The translations under genes were made by a program, and so were the position numbers. Shown in pieces: positions 26,974 to 35,650 of a stretch of DNA of 42,488 bases (its first letter is position 1; each line of letters begins with the position of its first letter). Location of the stretch: sequence record DRR723986_4953, one strand, 5' to 3'. The notes below the pieces were generated by a model. That model saw only the letters and a list, made by a program, of their open reading frames with translations. It was not told where the DNA came from and searched no databases.

Positions 26974-27645
26974 ATGACGAAACAGCCGTCCGACACGATC
27001 ATACCGCCCAGCCCGAGCGCTGCAGACTATGCGACAGACCCGATGGGCAAGCCGCTAATTCCGAACGCGGCCGACCCGTTCGACCTGTTCAATGACTGGA
27101 TGGCTGAAGCGCGCGTCAAGGAACTGAACGACTCCAATGCCATGTCGCTCGCCACGGTCGACGCAGATGGCATGCCGGATGTGCGCATTGTCCTGCTGAA
27201 GGAGGTCACGCCGGCGGGCTTCGTTTTCTTCACCAATCTCGAAAGTTCCAAAGGCCAGCAGCTGAAGTCGAACCCGGTGGCGGCGCTTGGTTTCCACTGG
27301 AAAAGCCTGCGCCGTCAGGTCCGCGTCCGTGGCACGGTCGAACGGGTCACCGATGCCGAAGCGGATGAATATTTCGCCACCCGCGCCGCCCAGAGCCGGA
27401 TCAGCGCCATCGCGTCCGACCAGTCGCGCCCGTTGCCCGACCGCTCCGTTTTCGAACAGCGCATTGCCGAGTTGTCCGAAATCTATGGCGATGGACCCGA
27501 CATTCCGCGCCCGAAATTCTGGGGCGGCTTCCGCCTGACGCCGGTCGAGATAGAGTTCTGGCAGGACCAGGCCTTCCGTTCGCACGACCGGTTGCGGTTT
27601 ACGCGCAAGGGCGATGCCTGGGAGACCGGGCGGCTCTATCCTTAA
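26974..27645 (+). CDS. pdxH: Pyridoxamine 5'-phosphate oxidase
   Basis: NAMSLAT, RIVLLK, FFTNLESSKG, RQVRVRG, EFWQDQAFRSHDR, RLYP. Confidence 0.97.
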   Translation: MTKQPSDTIIPPSPSAADYATDPMGKPLIPNAADPFDLFNDWMAEARVKELNDSNAMSLATVDADGMPDVRIVLLKEVTPAGFVFFTNLESSKGQQLKSNPVAALGFHWKSLRRQVRVRGTVERVTDAEADEYFATRAAQSRISAIASDQSRPLPDRSVFEQRIAELSEIYGDGPDIPRPKFWGGFRLTPVEIEFWQDQAFRSHDRLRFTRKGDAWETGRLYP

Positions 27646-28067
27646 TTCGAAGACGCAGGCCGTTCGGCGAGCGGCAGAAGTCGTGAATCCTCAACCGCTG
27701 CCGTGCGGTGGCCGAGGATCTTCATATAGTCCGGATCCTGCTCGAAGCCGAAGAAAGTTTCCATGTCCTTCTGGCGCACCAGAAGGGCAAGGTCCCAGCG
27801 TTCGTCTTCCGGGCCGATCAGCCAGCTGCCGCCTTCTGCCAGGAAATCCAGCCGTCCGCCGCTTTTCTGAAGATCGGGCAGCGTATGCTGGATTTAGAGA
27901 TCATACGCCGCCCGGCCGCTGACGGGGCTTTCCGGCGCAAGGTCCGGAAAGCCTGAATAATCAGCCACTGTCCGCAAGCGGATCAGGTTCAGCATGATGA
28001 CATTCCCGGTCAGCCCCCGCATCACGAAGCGCTGGCCGAGTTCCTGCGTCGGAGCAAGATAAGCCAT
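27642..28067 (-). pseudogene. DUF1330-family gene with in-frame TAA at codon 58
   Basis: Manual translation MAYLAPTQ..MLNLIRLR..SGRAAYDL*IQHTLP..LIGPEDERWDLALLVRQ..HRTAAVEDSRLLPL; stop at 27894-27896; ATG coupled to the upstream TGA. Confidence 0.85.
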
Positions 28068-28519
28068 CAGACCAGCCCGATGGAGGTACGTTCCACCACG
28101 AGGTGGGGCACACCATCGCTGGTCTTCGCGAACGACACCCCGGCCGAGGAAATGGTCATAGTGATCCGTTGGCGGAAGTTGGAAAAGCTCTCGAACTCCA
28201 CCACATCGACAGGTTCGTCGAATTCCAGCGTGACTTCGAAGGCCGTGCCGCCCGCCATTTCGCGGACGGCCAGAACCCGGCCGTCAAAGGCCTGCTTCAG
28301 GTAACGGCCCGCCACCTGGTCGCCGACCTGCAGCACGACTTCCGGCATGTTCGACAGGCGGGCCGAGGCCGTGTTCCAGTCGCGATAGCCAAGCTCCTTC
28401 GCAACGCATTCCAGCGCCTCGGAATGAGAGATGGGCGTTCCGGCTGCCGCCAGTTCCGTCCGCAATTCACGCGCTCGGGCCTTTGCCTGGTCGCGATTTG
28501 AGATCGATAGATAAGACAT
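28067..28519 (-). CDS. Glyoxalase-superfamily (Glyoxalase_8-type N-terminal domain) protein
   Basis: AKARARELR..ISHSEALECVAKELGYRDWNT; C-terminal GDQVAGRYL..FDEPVDVVEFESFSNFRQR. Confidence 0.85.
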   Translation of the reverse strand: MSYLSISNRDQAKARARELRTELAAAGTPISHSEALECVAKELGYRDWNTASARLSNMPEVVLQVGDQVAGRYLKQAFDGRVLAVREMAGGTAFEVTLEFDEPVDVVEFESFSNFRQRITMTISSAGVSFAKTSDGVPHLVVERTSIGLV

Positions 28520-28685
28520 CGGAATCATCCTTGTCCGGGCAGTCACTTATCAGCGGGGCTCGCCTTGCCGCGGGACTGCCGGATGGACCGGTGTTCCGTC
28601 TTTGCGTGTCGCGGCGCCTCTGCGCCGGGGGATCTTCACCGTAAGACAAACGTCTTGCGAGCGGCAGGCGTCCCAGAGCCTGCGC
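28520..28685 (-). ncRNA. Candidate structured 5' leader RNA
   Basis: Five stems within ~160 nt between a TTGACG promoter and the start codon (see findings). Confidence 0.55.
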
Positions 28686-28687
28686 GT

Positions 28688-28716
28688 CACATAATCTCTC
28701 GGCGGTCCTGCGTCAA
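28688..28716 (-). promoter_or_regulatory. Sigma70-type promoter candidate
   Basis: TTGACG-N17-TATGTG on minus strand. Confidence 0.5.
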
Positions 28717-28802
28717 TCGTTGCCAACACGAGCGGCTTCGGGCACCTATTGGCAGTTGACGTGGCAATTCCTGACTGCGTCTCGCATCCATCAGGGGTAT
28801 CC

Positions 28803-29180
28803 ATGAAACGCGGTTTGCAGGTTTTTCTCGGCGTCTTCTCACTCATTCCGGTTATCTTTGCCTTGCTCGGCTTCCTGGCCGGGGCAGGGCGTCTGTCGCC
28901 CGAAGGCGTCGCCGTCGATCTCGACAATCAGTACCGGTACTTTTCCGGTATGTACCTTGTCGTCGCCTTCCTGCTCTGGTCGATCATTCCGGCTATCGAA
29001 AAGCACGGCCGCACGCTGTTCCTGATCAGCGCGGCGATCTTCATCGGCGGCCTTGGACGCGTCGTGTCCTACATGACGATGGGTGCGCCCTCTCAGGACC
29101 TGATGGTCGGCATGGGCATCGAACTGGTCGTGCCGGTGCTCTTCGTGGTCTGGCAGCGCGCCGTGGCGGCGAAGGCCTAG
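28803..29180 (+). CDS. DUF4345 family membrane protein
   Basis: LDNQYRYFSG, IFIGGLGRVVS..G.P; four TMs. Confidence 0.85.
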   Translation: MKRGLQVFLGVFSLIPVIFALLGFLAGAGRLSPEGVAVDLDNQYRYFSGMYLVVAFLLWSIIPAIEKHGRTLFLISAAIFIGGLGRVVSYMTMGAPSQDLMVGMGIELVVPVLFVVWQRAVAAKA

Positions 29181-30115
29181 CGCCCGCAGGCTTCCCGTCC
29201 CACATCATCGGCGGTGATCAGGTCTGCCACGCGATAAGGCTCGTCCGTTGCCAGCAGGACGAGCCCGTCGGCGGCGAGCGCGTCGTATTCGCTGGCATCG
29301 CCGTCGGCGAGGTAGACATCGTCCAGACGGTCGCCCGGGCGGCCCAGCGTGCCGAAAGCCGGCTCAACGCCGACTTTCATAAGCCTTTCCCAGGCATAGG
29401 GCTTCGGTTCGTCAACACCGGTCCAGCCGATCAGGCGGGTGCGGTCGACGCCCCGCGCTTCGAGCTTGGCGACATCGCGGTCGCCATAGGCGGTGGCAGT
29501 CATCATGAGATCCGGATCGATGGCGGCGATCTCGGCCGCCTGGTCATCATTGTAGGAGATGAAGATCACATTCTCTGCCGCGTCCGCCGCTTTCACCGCG
29601 GCGGCGATGTTGCGGAAACTGGTGGTCGGTTTCCTGTCCAGCTCCAGCACGGCGCCGGTCTGCTTTGCCCAGAGAAGGGCGTCGGTCAGTTTCGGCGGGT
29701 GGAAGCCTGTCCGCCGCCCGTCATTGTCCTCCAGCTCCAGCCCGCTCATCGTGTCCCAGTCGGTGTCTGAGACATAGCCGCTGCCGGTCGTCGTACGGTT
29801 CAGCCGGTCGTCATGCATCAGGGTCAGCACGCCGTCGCGCGTTTCGGCGATGTCGATCTCGAACACGCGGATGCCCTTGTCGAAGCCATGCTGGAATGTC
29901 TCGATCGCATTCTCGGGGAAGCCTGCGTCCGGCCCGCCACGATGCGCGGCAATAGCCATCCCCTTATTCGCGCGCAGGCAGTCAAAATATTCCGGCAAAG
30001 GAAGGACGGTGGAGGAAATCCTTGCGGTCTCTCCTCCGGCTTCCTGAGGGCTCGTCTGAGCTGCGCCGCAGGCCGTCAGGGCCAGCGACAACACGGAAAA
30101 TGCAAAAGTTTTCAT
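29177..30115 (-). CDS. Glycerophosphodiester phosphodiesterase family lipoprotein
   Basis: Lipobox LTAC; AHRGG, PENAI, EIDI..TRDG..LMHD..L.RTT, TDEP. Confidence 0.93.
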   Translation of the reverse strand: MKTFAFSVLSLALTACGAAQTSPQEAGGETARISSTVLPLPEYFDCLRANKGMAIAAHRGGPDAGFPENAIETFQHGFDKGIRVFEIDIAETRDGVLTLMHDDRLNRTTTGSGYVSDTDWDTMSGLELEDNDGRRTGFHPPKLTDALLWAKQTGAVLELDRKPTTSFRNIAAAVKAADAAENVIFISYNDDQAAEIAAIDPDLMMTATAYGDRDVAKLEARGVDRTRLIGWTGVDEPKPYAWERLMKVGVEPAFGTLGRPGDRLDDVYLADGDASEYDALAADGLVLLATDEPYRVADLITADDVGREACGR

Positions 30116-30169
30116 GGTGCGACCCTCATTTCCTTGCCTCGCGTCACCGGCGCGAATACACACACTTCG

Positions 30170-30187
30170 GTTACAGGACAATGACGC
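30170..30187 (-). promoter_or_regulatory. Putative Pho box upstream of GDPD
   Basis: Minus strand GCGTCAT-TGTC-CTGTAAC, ~55 bp before the ATG. Confidence 0.5.
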
Positions 30188-30216
30188 CGCGGCAGGCGCG
30201 AAAAGGAGGACACCGC

Positions 30217-31842
30217 ATGAAAGGTCTGATGCAGGACTGGCAGCTCACAACAAACAAGATTCTTGAGCACGCCAAACGGGTCAACCCGACCCGTGAGATC
30301 GTCACGCGCCGCGTGGAAGGAAACATTGAGCGCATCACCTATGGCGACCTGTTCGACATGTCGAAACAGGTGTCGACCGCGCTGAAGGATGAAGGCATCG
30401 GCCTCGGCGACCGCGTTGCCACGCTCGGCTGGAACTCGGAACGCCACATGGCGTCCTGGTATGGCGCGATGGGCATCGGCGCCGTGCTGCACACGGTGAA
30501 CCCGCGCCTCCATCCGGAGCAGATCGCCTGGATCATCAACCATGCCGAAGACAAGGTTCTGATCTTCGACAAGACGTTCCTGCCCATTGTTGAGGCCATC
30601 AAGGACACGATCCCGACGGTGAAGTCCTTCGTCATCTATGCCGGCGCCGACACGATGCCGGAGAACACGCTGGGTGCTGTGCCGTTCGACATCTGGATCG
30701 ATGGCCGTTCCACCAATATTCGCTGGGGCGACTTCCCCGAAGATACCGCCTGCGGCCTCTGCTATACGTCCGGCACGACGGGCGACCCGAAAGGCGTGCT
30801 CTATTCGCACCGTTCCAATGTCCTGCACACGATGATCACGATGCAGCGCGATGCCATCGGCATGGGCGCAAACGATGTCGTGCTGCCGGTTGTGCCGATG
30901 TTCCACGCCAATGCCTGGGGCCTGACCTTCAGCTGCCCGGCGACCGGTGCCAACATGGTCATGCCCGGCGCGCAGATGGACGGCGCCTCGATCTACGAAC
31001 TGCTCGACACGGAGAAAGTGACCATCACCGCTGCTGTGCCGACTGTCTGGCTGATGCTCCTGACGCATCTCCAGCAGAACGACCTGAAACTGCCGCACCT
31101 GCAGAAGGTGATCATTGGCGGTTCGGCCGTGCCGGAGAAGATCCTGCGCGCCTTCGAGGAAGACTATGAAGTCGACGTCGTCCATGCCTGGGGCATGACC
31201 GAAACCTCGCCGCTCGGCACGCTGGGCACACTGCCGCCGCACATGGTGGACGCCGACATCGACACCCGCATGAAGCAGAAGCTGAAACAGGGCCGTCCGC
31301 CCTTCGGCGTCGAGCTGAAGATCGAGGACGACGAAGGCAATGAGCTCGCCTGGGATGGCCAGACCTCCGGCCGTCTCCTTGTGCGCGGCGCCGCCATTGC
31401 AGGTGCCTACTTCAAGGGTGCCGGCGGCAATGTGCTGGACGAGGAAGGCTATTTCGACACCGGTGACGTCGCCAATATGGACCAGTATGGCACGATGCAG
31501 ATCACCGACCGCGCCAAGGACGTTATCAAGTCCGGCGGGGAGTGGATCTCCTCCATCGACATCGAGAACATCGCGGTCGGCCATCCGAAAGTGGCAAACG
31601 CTGCCGCCATCGGCATCTACCACCCGAAATGGGATGAGCGTCCGCTCCTGATCATCCAGCCGGTCGAAGGAGAAAATCCGACCAAGGAGGAAATCTTCGC
31701 GGCGCTGGAAGGCAAGATCGCCAAATGGTGGACGCCTGATGATATCGCCTTTGTTGACGACATTCCATTGGGCGCCACGGGCAAGATCAACAAGCTGGCC
31801 CTGCGAAAGACGTTTGAAGACTACAAGCTTCCAACGGCTTGA
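30217..31842 (+). CDS. Acyl-CoA ligase (long-chain fatty acid/DmdB-like)
   Basis: [53 protein letters not shown]. Confidence 0.95.
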   Translation: MKGLMQDWQLTTNKILEHAKRVNPTREIVTRRVEGNIERITYGDLFDMSKQVSTALKDEGIGLGDRVATLGWNSERHMASWYGAMGIGAVLHTVNPRLHPEQIAWIINHAEDKVLIFDKTFLPIVEAIKDTIPTVKSFVIYAGADTMPENTLGAVPFDIWIDGRSTNIRWGDFPEDTACGLCYTSGTTGDPKGVLYSHRSNVLHTMITMQRDAIGMGANDVVLPVVPMFHANAWGLTFSCPATGANMVMPGAQMDGASIYELLDTEKVTITAAVPTVWLMLLTHLQQNDLKLPHLQKVIIGGSAVPEKILRAFEEDYEVDVVHAWGMTETSPLGTLGTLPPHMVDADIDTRMKQKLKQGRPPFGVELKIEDDEGNELAWDGQTSGRLLVRGAAIAGAYFKGAGGNVLDEEGYFDTGDVANMDQYGTMQITDRAKDVIKSGGEWISSIDIENIAVGHPKVANAAAIGIYHPKWDERPLLIIQPVEGENPTKEEIFAALEGKIAKWWTPDDIAFVDDIPLGATGKINKLALRKTFEDYKLPTA

Positions 31843-31847
31843 ACGTC

Positions 31848-32621
31848 ATGGATCTCGGCCTCACAGATAAAGTGGTCTTTGTCGCTGGCGCCAGCCGCGG
31901 TATCGGCCTTGGGATTGTCGAAGCACTTCTTGCCGAAGGCGCGAAGGTCGCCATGGCGGCACGCGGGGAGGAGGCGCTGGAAGCCCAGCGTGCTCGCCTC
32001 GCCGCCCAATATGGCGAGCACAAGGTCTGGGCCCGGGCAGGGGATCTGCGCGACAGCCGCACCATCGACGAAATGGTCGAGGCGATCGAGCATGAGTTCG
32101 ATCCGCTTTGGGGGTCTGTCGCCAATGTCGGCCTGCACCCATGCCCGCCGGGCTATGAAGTGGACGATGAGACCTGGACGGCCGGCCTGCAGCAGAACCT
32201 CGACAGCGCCTTCCGCCTTGCTCGCTCAAGCCTGAGAAAGATGGAGCCGCGCGGGGAGGGTTCGATCCTGATGATTTCTTCGATTGCGGGCCTCGGCGCG
32301 CTTGGTACGCCGGTCACTTATGGCACGTCGAAAGCGGCGATGAACCATCTCGCCAAGGAGCTGGCCCGCGTGGCGGGTCCGTCCAGTGTGCGCGTGAATG
32401 CGATTGCGCCGGGCAACATCATCTTCCCGGGCGGGGACTGGGAAGAGCGCTCCACCGGTCCGCGCGGCGATGCGTGGACCCGCTGGATCCGCCGCGAAGT
32501 GCCGCTGCAGCGCTTTGGCCGGCCGGACGAGATCGGCTCTGCCGCCGCCTATTTGCTGAGCCCACTCGCCAGTTTCATCACCGGCGCCATCCTGCCGGTG
32601 GATGGCGGCCAGACAAAGTAG
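31848..32621 (+). CDS. SDR family oxidoreductase
   Basis: [31 protein letters not shown]. Confidence 0.94.
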   Translation: MDLGLTDKVVFVAGASRGIGLGIVEALLAEGAKVAMAARGEEALEAQRARLAAQYGEHKVWARAGDLRDSRTIDEMVEAIEHEFDPLWGSVANVGLHPCPPGYEVDDETWTAGLQQNLDSAFRLARSSLRKMEPRGEGSILMISSIAGLGALGTPVTYGTSKAAMNHLAKELARVAGPSSVRVNAIAPGNIIFPGGDWEERSTGPRGDAWTRWIRREVPLQRFGRPDEIGSAAAYLLSPLASFITGAILPVDGGQTK

Positions 32622-32639
32622 CGAATTGCGGATTCGGCT

Positions 32640-33056
32640 TCAGCCCTCGTCGGTCACGTGGATCGACGGGTCCGGCTCCTGGATGCTCATCAGGTAGCTC
32701 AGCAAGAGGTCCGTGCTTTTCGGGCCGAACTGGAATTGCGGCATGTCCGGATGGCCGACCTTCAGGCCGTCGCGAAAGTCCTCGGCCAGCGCATCGCCGT
32801 CATAATCGGCAAGAATATATCGCAGCGCCGGGGCGTCGGTACGGTGTGGATCTTCCTTGTCGATGCCGTGGCAATCCGCGCATTGGGACGAGGCGATCTG
32901 GCGGCCGAGCTCGACTTCCTCGGCGACGGGCAGGCCGGTCAGGCCCAGATTCTCCTCTGCCGTCACTTCGGCGATTTCCGCTTCATACGGCGAGGTTTGC
33001 ACGCAGCCCATCAGGGGCAGGGACAGCGGAACAAGGGCATAGATCAGGCGGCGCAT
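32640..33056 (-). CDS. Monoheme cytochrome c lipoprotein
   Basis: Lipobox LMGC; CADCH; GHPDMP; AAGGAG SD. Confidence 0.9.
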   Translation of the reverse strand: MRRLIYALVPLSLPLMGCVQTSPYEAEIAEVTAEENLGLTGLPVAEEVELGRQIASSQCADCHGIDKEDPHRTDAPALRYILADYDGDALAEDFRDGLKVGHPDMPQFQFGPKSTDLLLSYLMSIQEPDPSIHVTDEG

Positions 33057-33166
33057 GGCGCTCTCCTTTACCGGACAAGGATCCATGATCGCGCGATGCG
33101 ACGCCGAACGCAATTCGTGAATATTACGGATATCACCCGGTTGGTGTTCCAGCCGGGCGAATCCGG

Positions 33167-33523
33167 TCAGCCGTCTGCGGGCTCAGGCTCCTGAATGCTC
33201 TTCAGATAGGTCAGCAGCACGTCGGCGCCCAGCGGTCCGAAATGGAATTGCGGCATGTCCGGGTGGCCGACCTTCAGACCTTCCTCGAACGACTCGTGCA
33301 GCGTGTCGGCATCGTAATTGTTGAGCACATAGCGCAGGGCCGGCGTATCGGCGCGCAGGGCGTCCTGCTGGTCGAGGCCGTGGCAGTTGGCGCAGACGGC
33401 AGAGGCAACGCCGCGGCCTTCGTCGATCTGCTGGGACAGCGGTGCCTTCTGGGATTCGCGGATTTCCATCGCTTCGCACCCGGCGAGTGCAAGCGGAATG
33501 AGAATGATACTCAGTTTACGCAT
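33167..33523 (-). CDS. Monoheme cytochrome c lipoprotein (paralog)
   Basis: GGAGG SD; lipobox LAGC; CANCH; GHPDMP. Confidence 0.9.
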   Translation of the reverse strand: MRKLSIILIPLALAGCEAMEIRESQKAPLSQQIDEGRGVASAVCANCHGLDQQDALRADTPALRYVLNNYDADTLHESFEEGLKVGHPDMPQFHFGPLGADVLLTYLKSIQEPEPADG

Positions 33524-33715
33524 TATGATACCTCCCGTTAAATATGGCCGCAGTGTCTCAGAGAAACGCCCTTCCGGCAATTCAGGAGATTTACGGGCCG
33601 GGGACAGAGTTGGTCCAATCCCGATGAGCTTGGCGAAATATGTCCGACAGACATGATTGGAAGAAAGTTGCTGAGTGCACTGGCTTGATGCGTTCATTCC
33701 GTATCGCTGGATACG

Positions 33716-35035
33716 TCATGTGGACGTTTTGAGCCTGCCTGCAATTCTCAGAGCGTTCTCCTCAATGAGGCTTGCGGCCTGTTCGACATAACCCCTGGTA
33801 CAGCCTTGCTGATCTGCAACGCCTCTTGTCACGGCGACACGGTGCACAACGATTGCATCTGCGATTTGCTGCACTCGGTTGCGTACATCGGACGGGCGAT
33901 ATCCGATGGCTTCCGCAATGGTGTCCCAGTGGCGAGCTGCAATATTGCCTGGTTTGCGCTTTTTCAGGGCAATGTTCTGAGCAAAGAATTGCACGACTCG
34001 CGGCCAGGGAAGGACGGTTGAGACGTCGTAGAGGGGCGCGAGGCACGGACCTTTGCCGACAGGCAGCAACAAGGAATAGTTCTTGGCGTGTGCGTCAGTG
34101 TTCGCGACGAGAATATTGAAGATGAGCTGATCAAACAGCTCCAGCGCATCGGTCGGCTGTAGTCTGTTTCCGGTCCTGAGCAGGGTTGTAATACCTGGTC
34201 CAGCCAGTGTGCCGCGTTCATACTTCCGTCCGGGTGGCACACTGTTGGCCTGTGCGAAGTCTTCCTGATGAATCCGCTGCAGAGAGCCCGTCCGGCCAAT
34301 GCGACGATCATACCGCAGAGCGCAAATTGCCTTACGGGTGCCTGCGGACAAAATGTTGACCTCAGCGGCGTTAATGCCAATCGCTGCGGCAAGTGACAGG
34401 CAATAGGCCTCGTTCTCAACAATACCTGGCAGGATCGGATTGTCTGGTTTCAGAATGATGGTTGATGGCGCACCATGCCGGGGGACAGCGAGCACATCAC
34501 CCTTCTGCGGCAGTCGCAAGACGGGGTTGCCAGCAGAATCCAGTACGGCAAGTGCAGACTTCTTCTGGCCGCCGGCGAGCGACAGACGAACCCCTTCTTC
34601 GCCAACCAAAAGCGGACGCTCAGCAAGGTCTTCAAAGTGACGCGCAAGCGCTGCCTGCGGATCGTCTGTTTCGTAAAGCTCGGTAAGGGGTGTGTAGGTC
34701 CAGAGCGTACGATCGCACGGGGCACCAAATGACAGTGCCCCGGCAGTATCTCCTCCGATCTCCTCAAGAATCGCTATCGTGTCAGAGCGATCGAGGCCCA
34801 GCGATCGGGTGAGGATCGTGAGCTGGTCTTCCTCTGGAAGGAGATTGGCCAGCCAGGGTGAGGTGACCTCGGAAGGGTAAACCCTGTCGTCAAGAGGCAG
34901 CGTCACGGAGATCGGGAAGGCACCATCGGTTGCCAGCCAGTTTTCAGTATAAGCAAAACCAGGTGCACCGTCCTCACTGACCATCACATTGCCAATCTGC
35001 AGGTCGTCAAACCAGACCGGGAGCGATTCGATCAC
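33716..35035 (-). CDS. hipA: HipA family Ser/Thr kinase toxin
   Basis: HipA N-terminal ISVTLPL..NLLPE; SLAGGQKK, ILKP, NE, QEDF.Q, DAHAKNYS, LAPLYD. Confidence 0.95.
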   Translation of the reverse strand: MIESLPVWFDDLQIGNVMVSEDGAPGFAYTENWLATDGAFPISVTLPLDDRVYPSEVTSPWLANLLPEEDQLTILTRSLGLDRSDTIAILEEIGGDTAGALSFGAPCDRTLWTYTPLTELYETDDPQAALARHFEDLAERPLLVGEEGVRLSLAGGQKKSALAVLDSAGNPVLRLPQKGDVLAVPRHGAPSTIILKPDNPILPGIVENEAYCLSLAAAIGINAAEVNILSAGTRKAICALRYDRRIGRTGSLQRIHQEDFAQANSVPPGRKYERGTLAGPGITTLLRTGNRLQPTDALELFDQLIFNILVANTDAHAKNYSLLLPVGKGPCLAPLYDVSTVLPWPRVVQFFAQNIALKKRKPGNIAARHWDTIAEAIGYRPSDVRNRVQQIADAIVVHRVAVTRGVADQQGCTRGYVEQAASLIEENALRIAGRLKTST

Positions 35036-35331
35036 CTGTAGTCCCCAAGGTCGTAGCCGCGTCCGATGCGTGGCTCGTTCTTTTGCAGAGGAGCTTCCCT
35101 GTGCTCGAGCAGGTGATTTGCGGGAATGCGCAGGGCGTTTGCGATCCGGTAGAGACTTGTAATGCGCAGGTCCCGTTTTCCTGTTTCGATCAAAGAGAGA
35201 GCAGGAGCGCTGATGCCAGACAGCAGAGCCAATTCATGCAGGCTGAGCCCGCTCGTTTCACGGAATTCACGAATTCTTGCGCCCATCTGGGTCAGTTGTG
35301 CCCGTTCCGGATTCTTTGCCACTACGGTCAT
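35032..35331 (-). CDS. XRE-family HTH antitoxin (HipB-like); start 35331 or GTG 35322
   Basis: RIREFRETSGLSLHELALLSGISAPALSLIETGKR; 4-nt overlap with hipA. Confidence 0.88.
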   Translation of the reverse strand: MTVVAKNPERAQLTQMGARIREFRETSGLSLHELALLSGISAPALSLIETGKRDLRITSLYRIANALRIPANHLLEHREAPLQKNEPRIGRGYDLGDYR

Positions 35332-35334
35332 CCT

Positions 35335-35452
35335 TTTACTGATTTCGATAAAATTAGCGGATAGTAGTCTCTTCCTCAAGAAATTTTACTGAATTGTATA
35401 AAAATAGGAGACATTCGGGCATTGGGCATCCTTATTTACTGAATTCAGTAAA
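35335..35452. promoter_or_regulatory. Three 18-bp palindromic sites at 50-bp period; probable antitoxin operators
   Basis: TTTACTGATTTCGATAAA (35335), TTTACTGAATTGTATAAA (35385), TTTACTGAATTCAGTAAA (35435, perfect palindrome). Confidence 0.75.
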
Positions 35453-35650
35453 ACGCCTGTCCTCGTCGTGATCTTCAACAAGGTCTGCTCCCCTGCGCCT
35501 GCCATTGATAGTCGGGAGCATGATTGGCGCGTTGCCCTCGTTTCCGGGTCAAATCAGGCCCACCCAGCTCACGCAGTTTTGATCCAGATAGGGCGACAAG
35601 GCCGTATAGGCGCTGTATGCCTCGGCAGACCAACAGGGAGAGGGAAGCCC

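Noticed and set aside
27708-27956. 82-aa + strand ORF
   Set aside because: Antisense shadow of the interrupted DUF1330 gene
28550-28927. 125-aa minus-strand ORF covering the glyoxalase leader
   Set aside because: Overlaps DUF4345 antisense, has no SD or recognisable motif, and spans the predicted promoter
33524-33715. FNR/FixK box upstream of the cytochromes
   Set aside because: No convincing TTGAT-N4-ATCAA match
35335-35452. CRISPR array
   Set aside because: Only three degenerate 18-bp units, no cas genes, and the location overlaps the hipBA promoter; operators are more parsimonious
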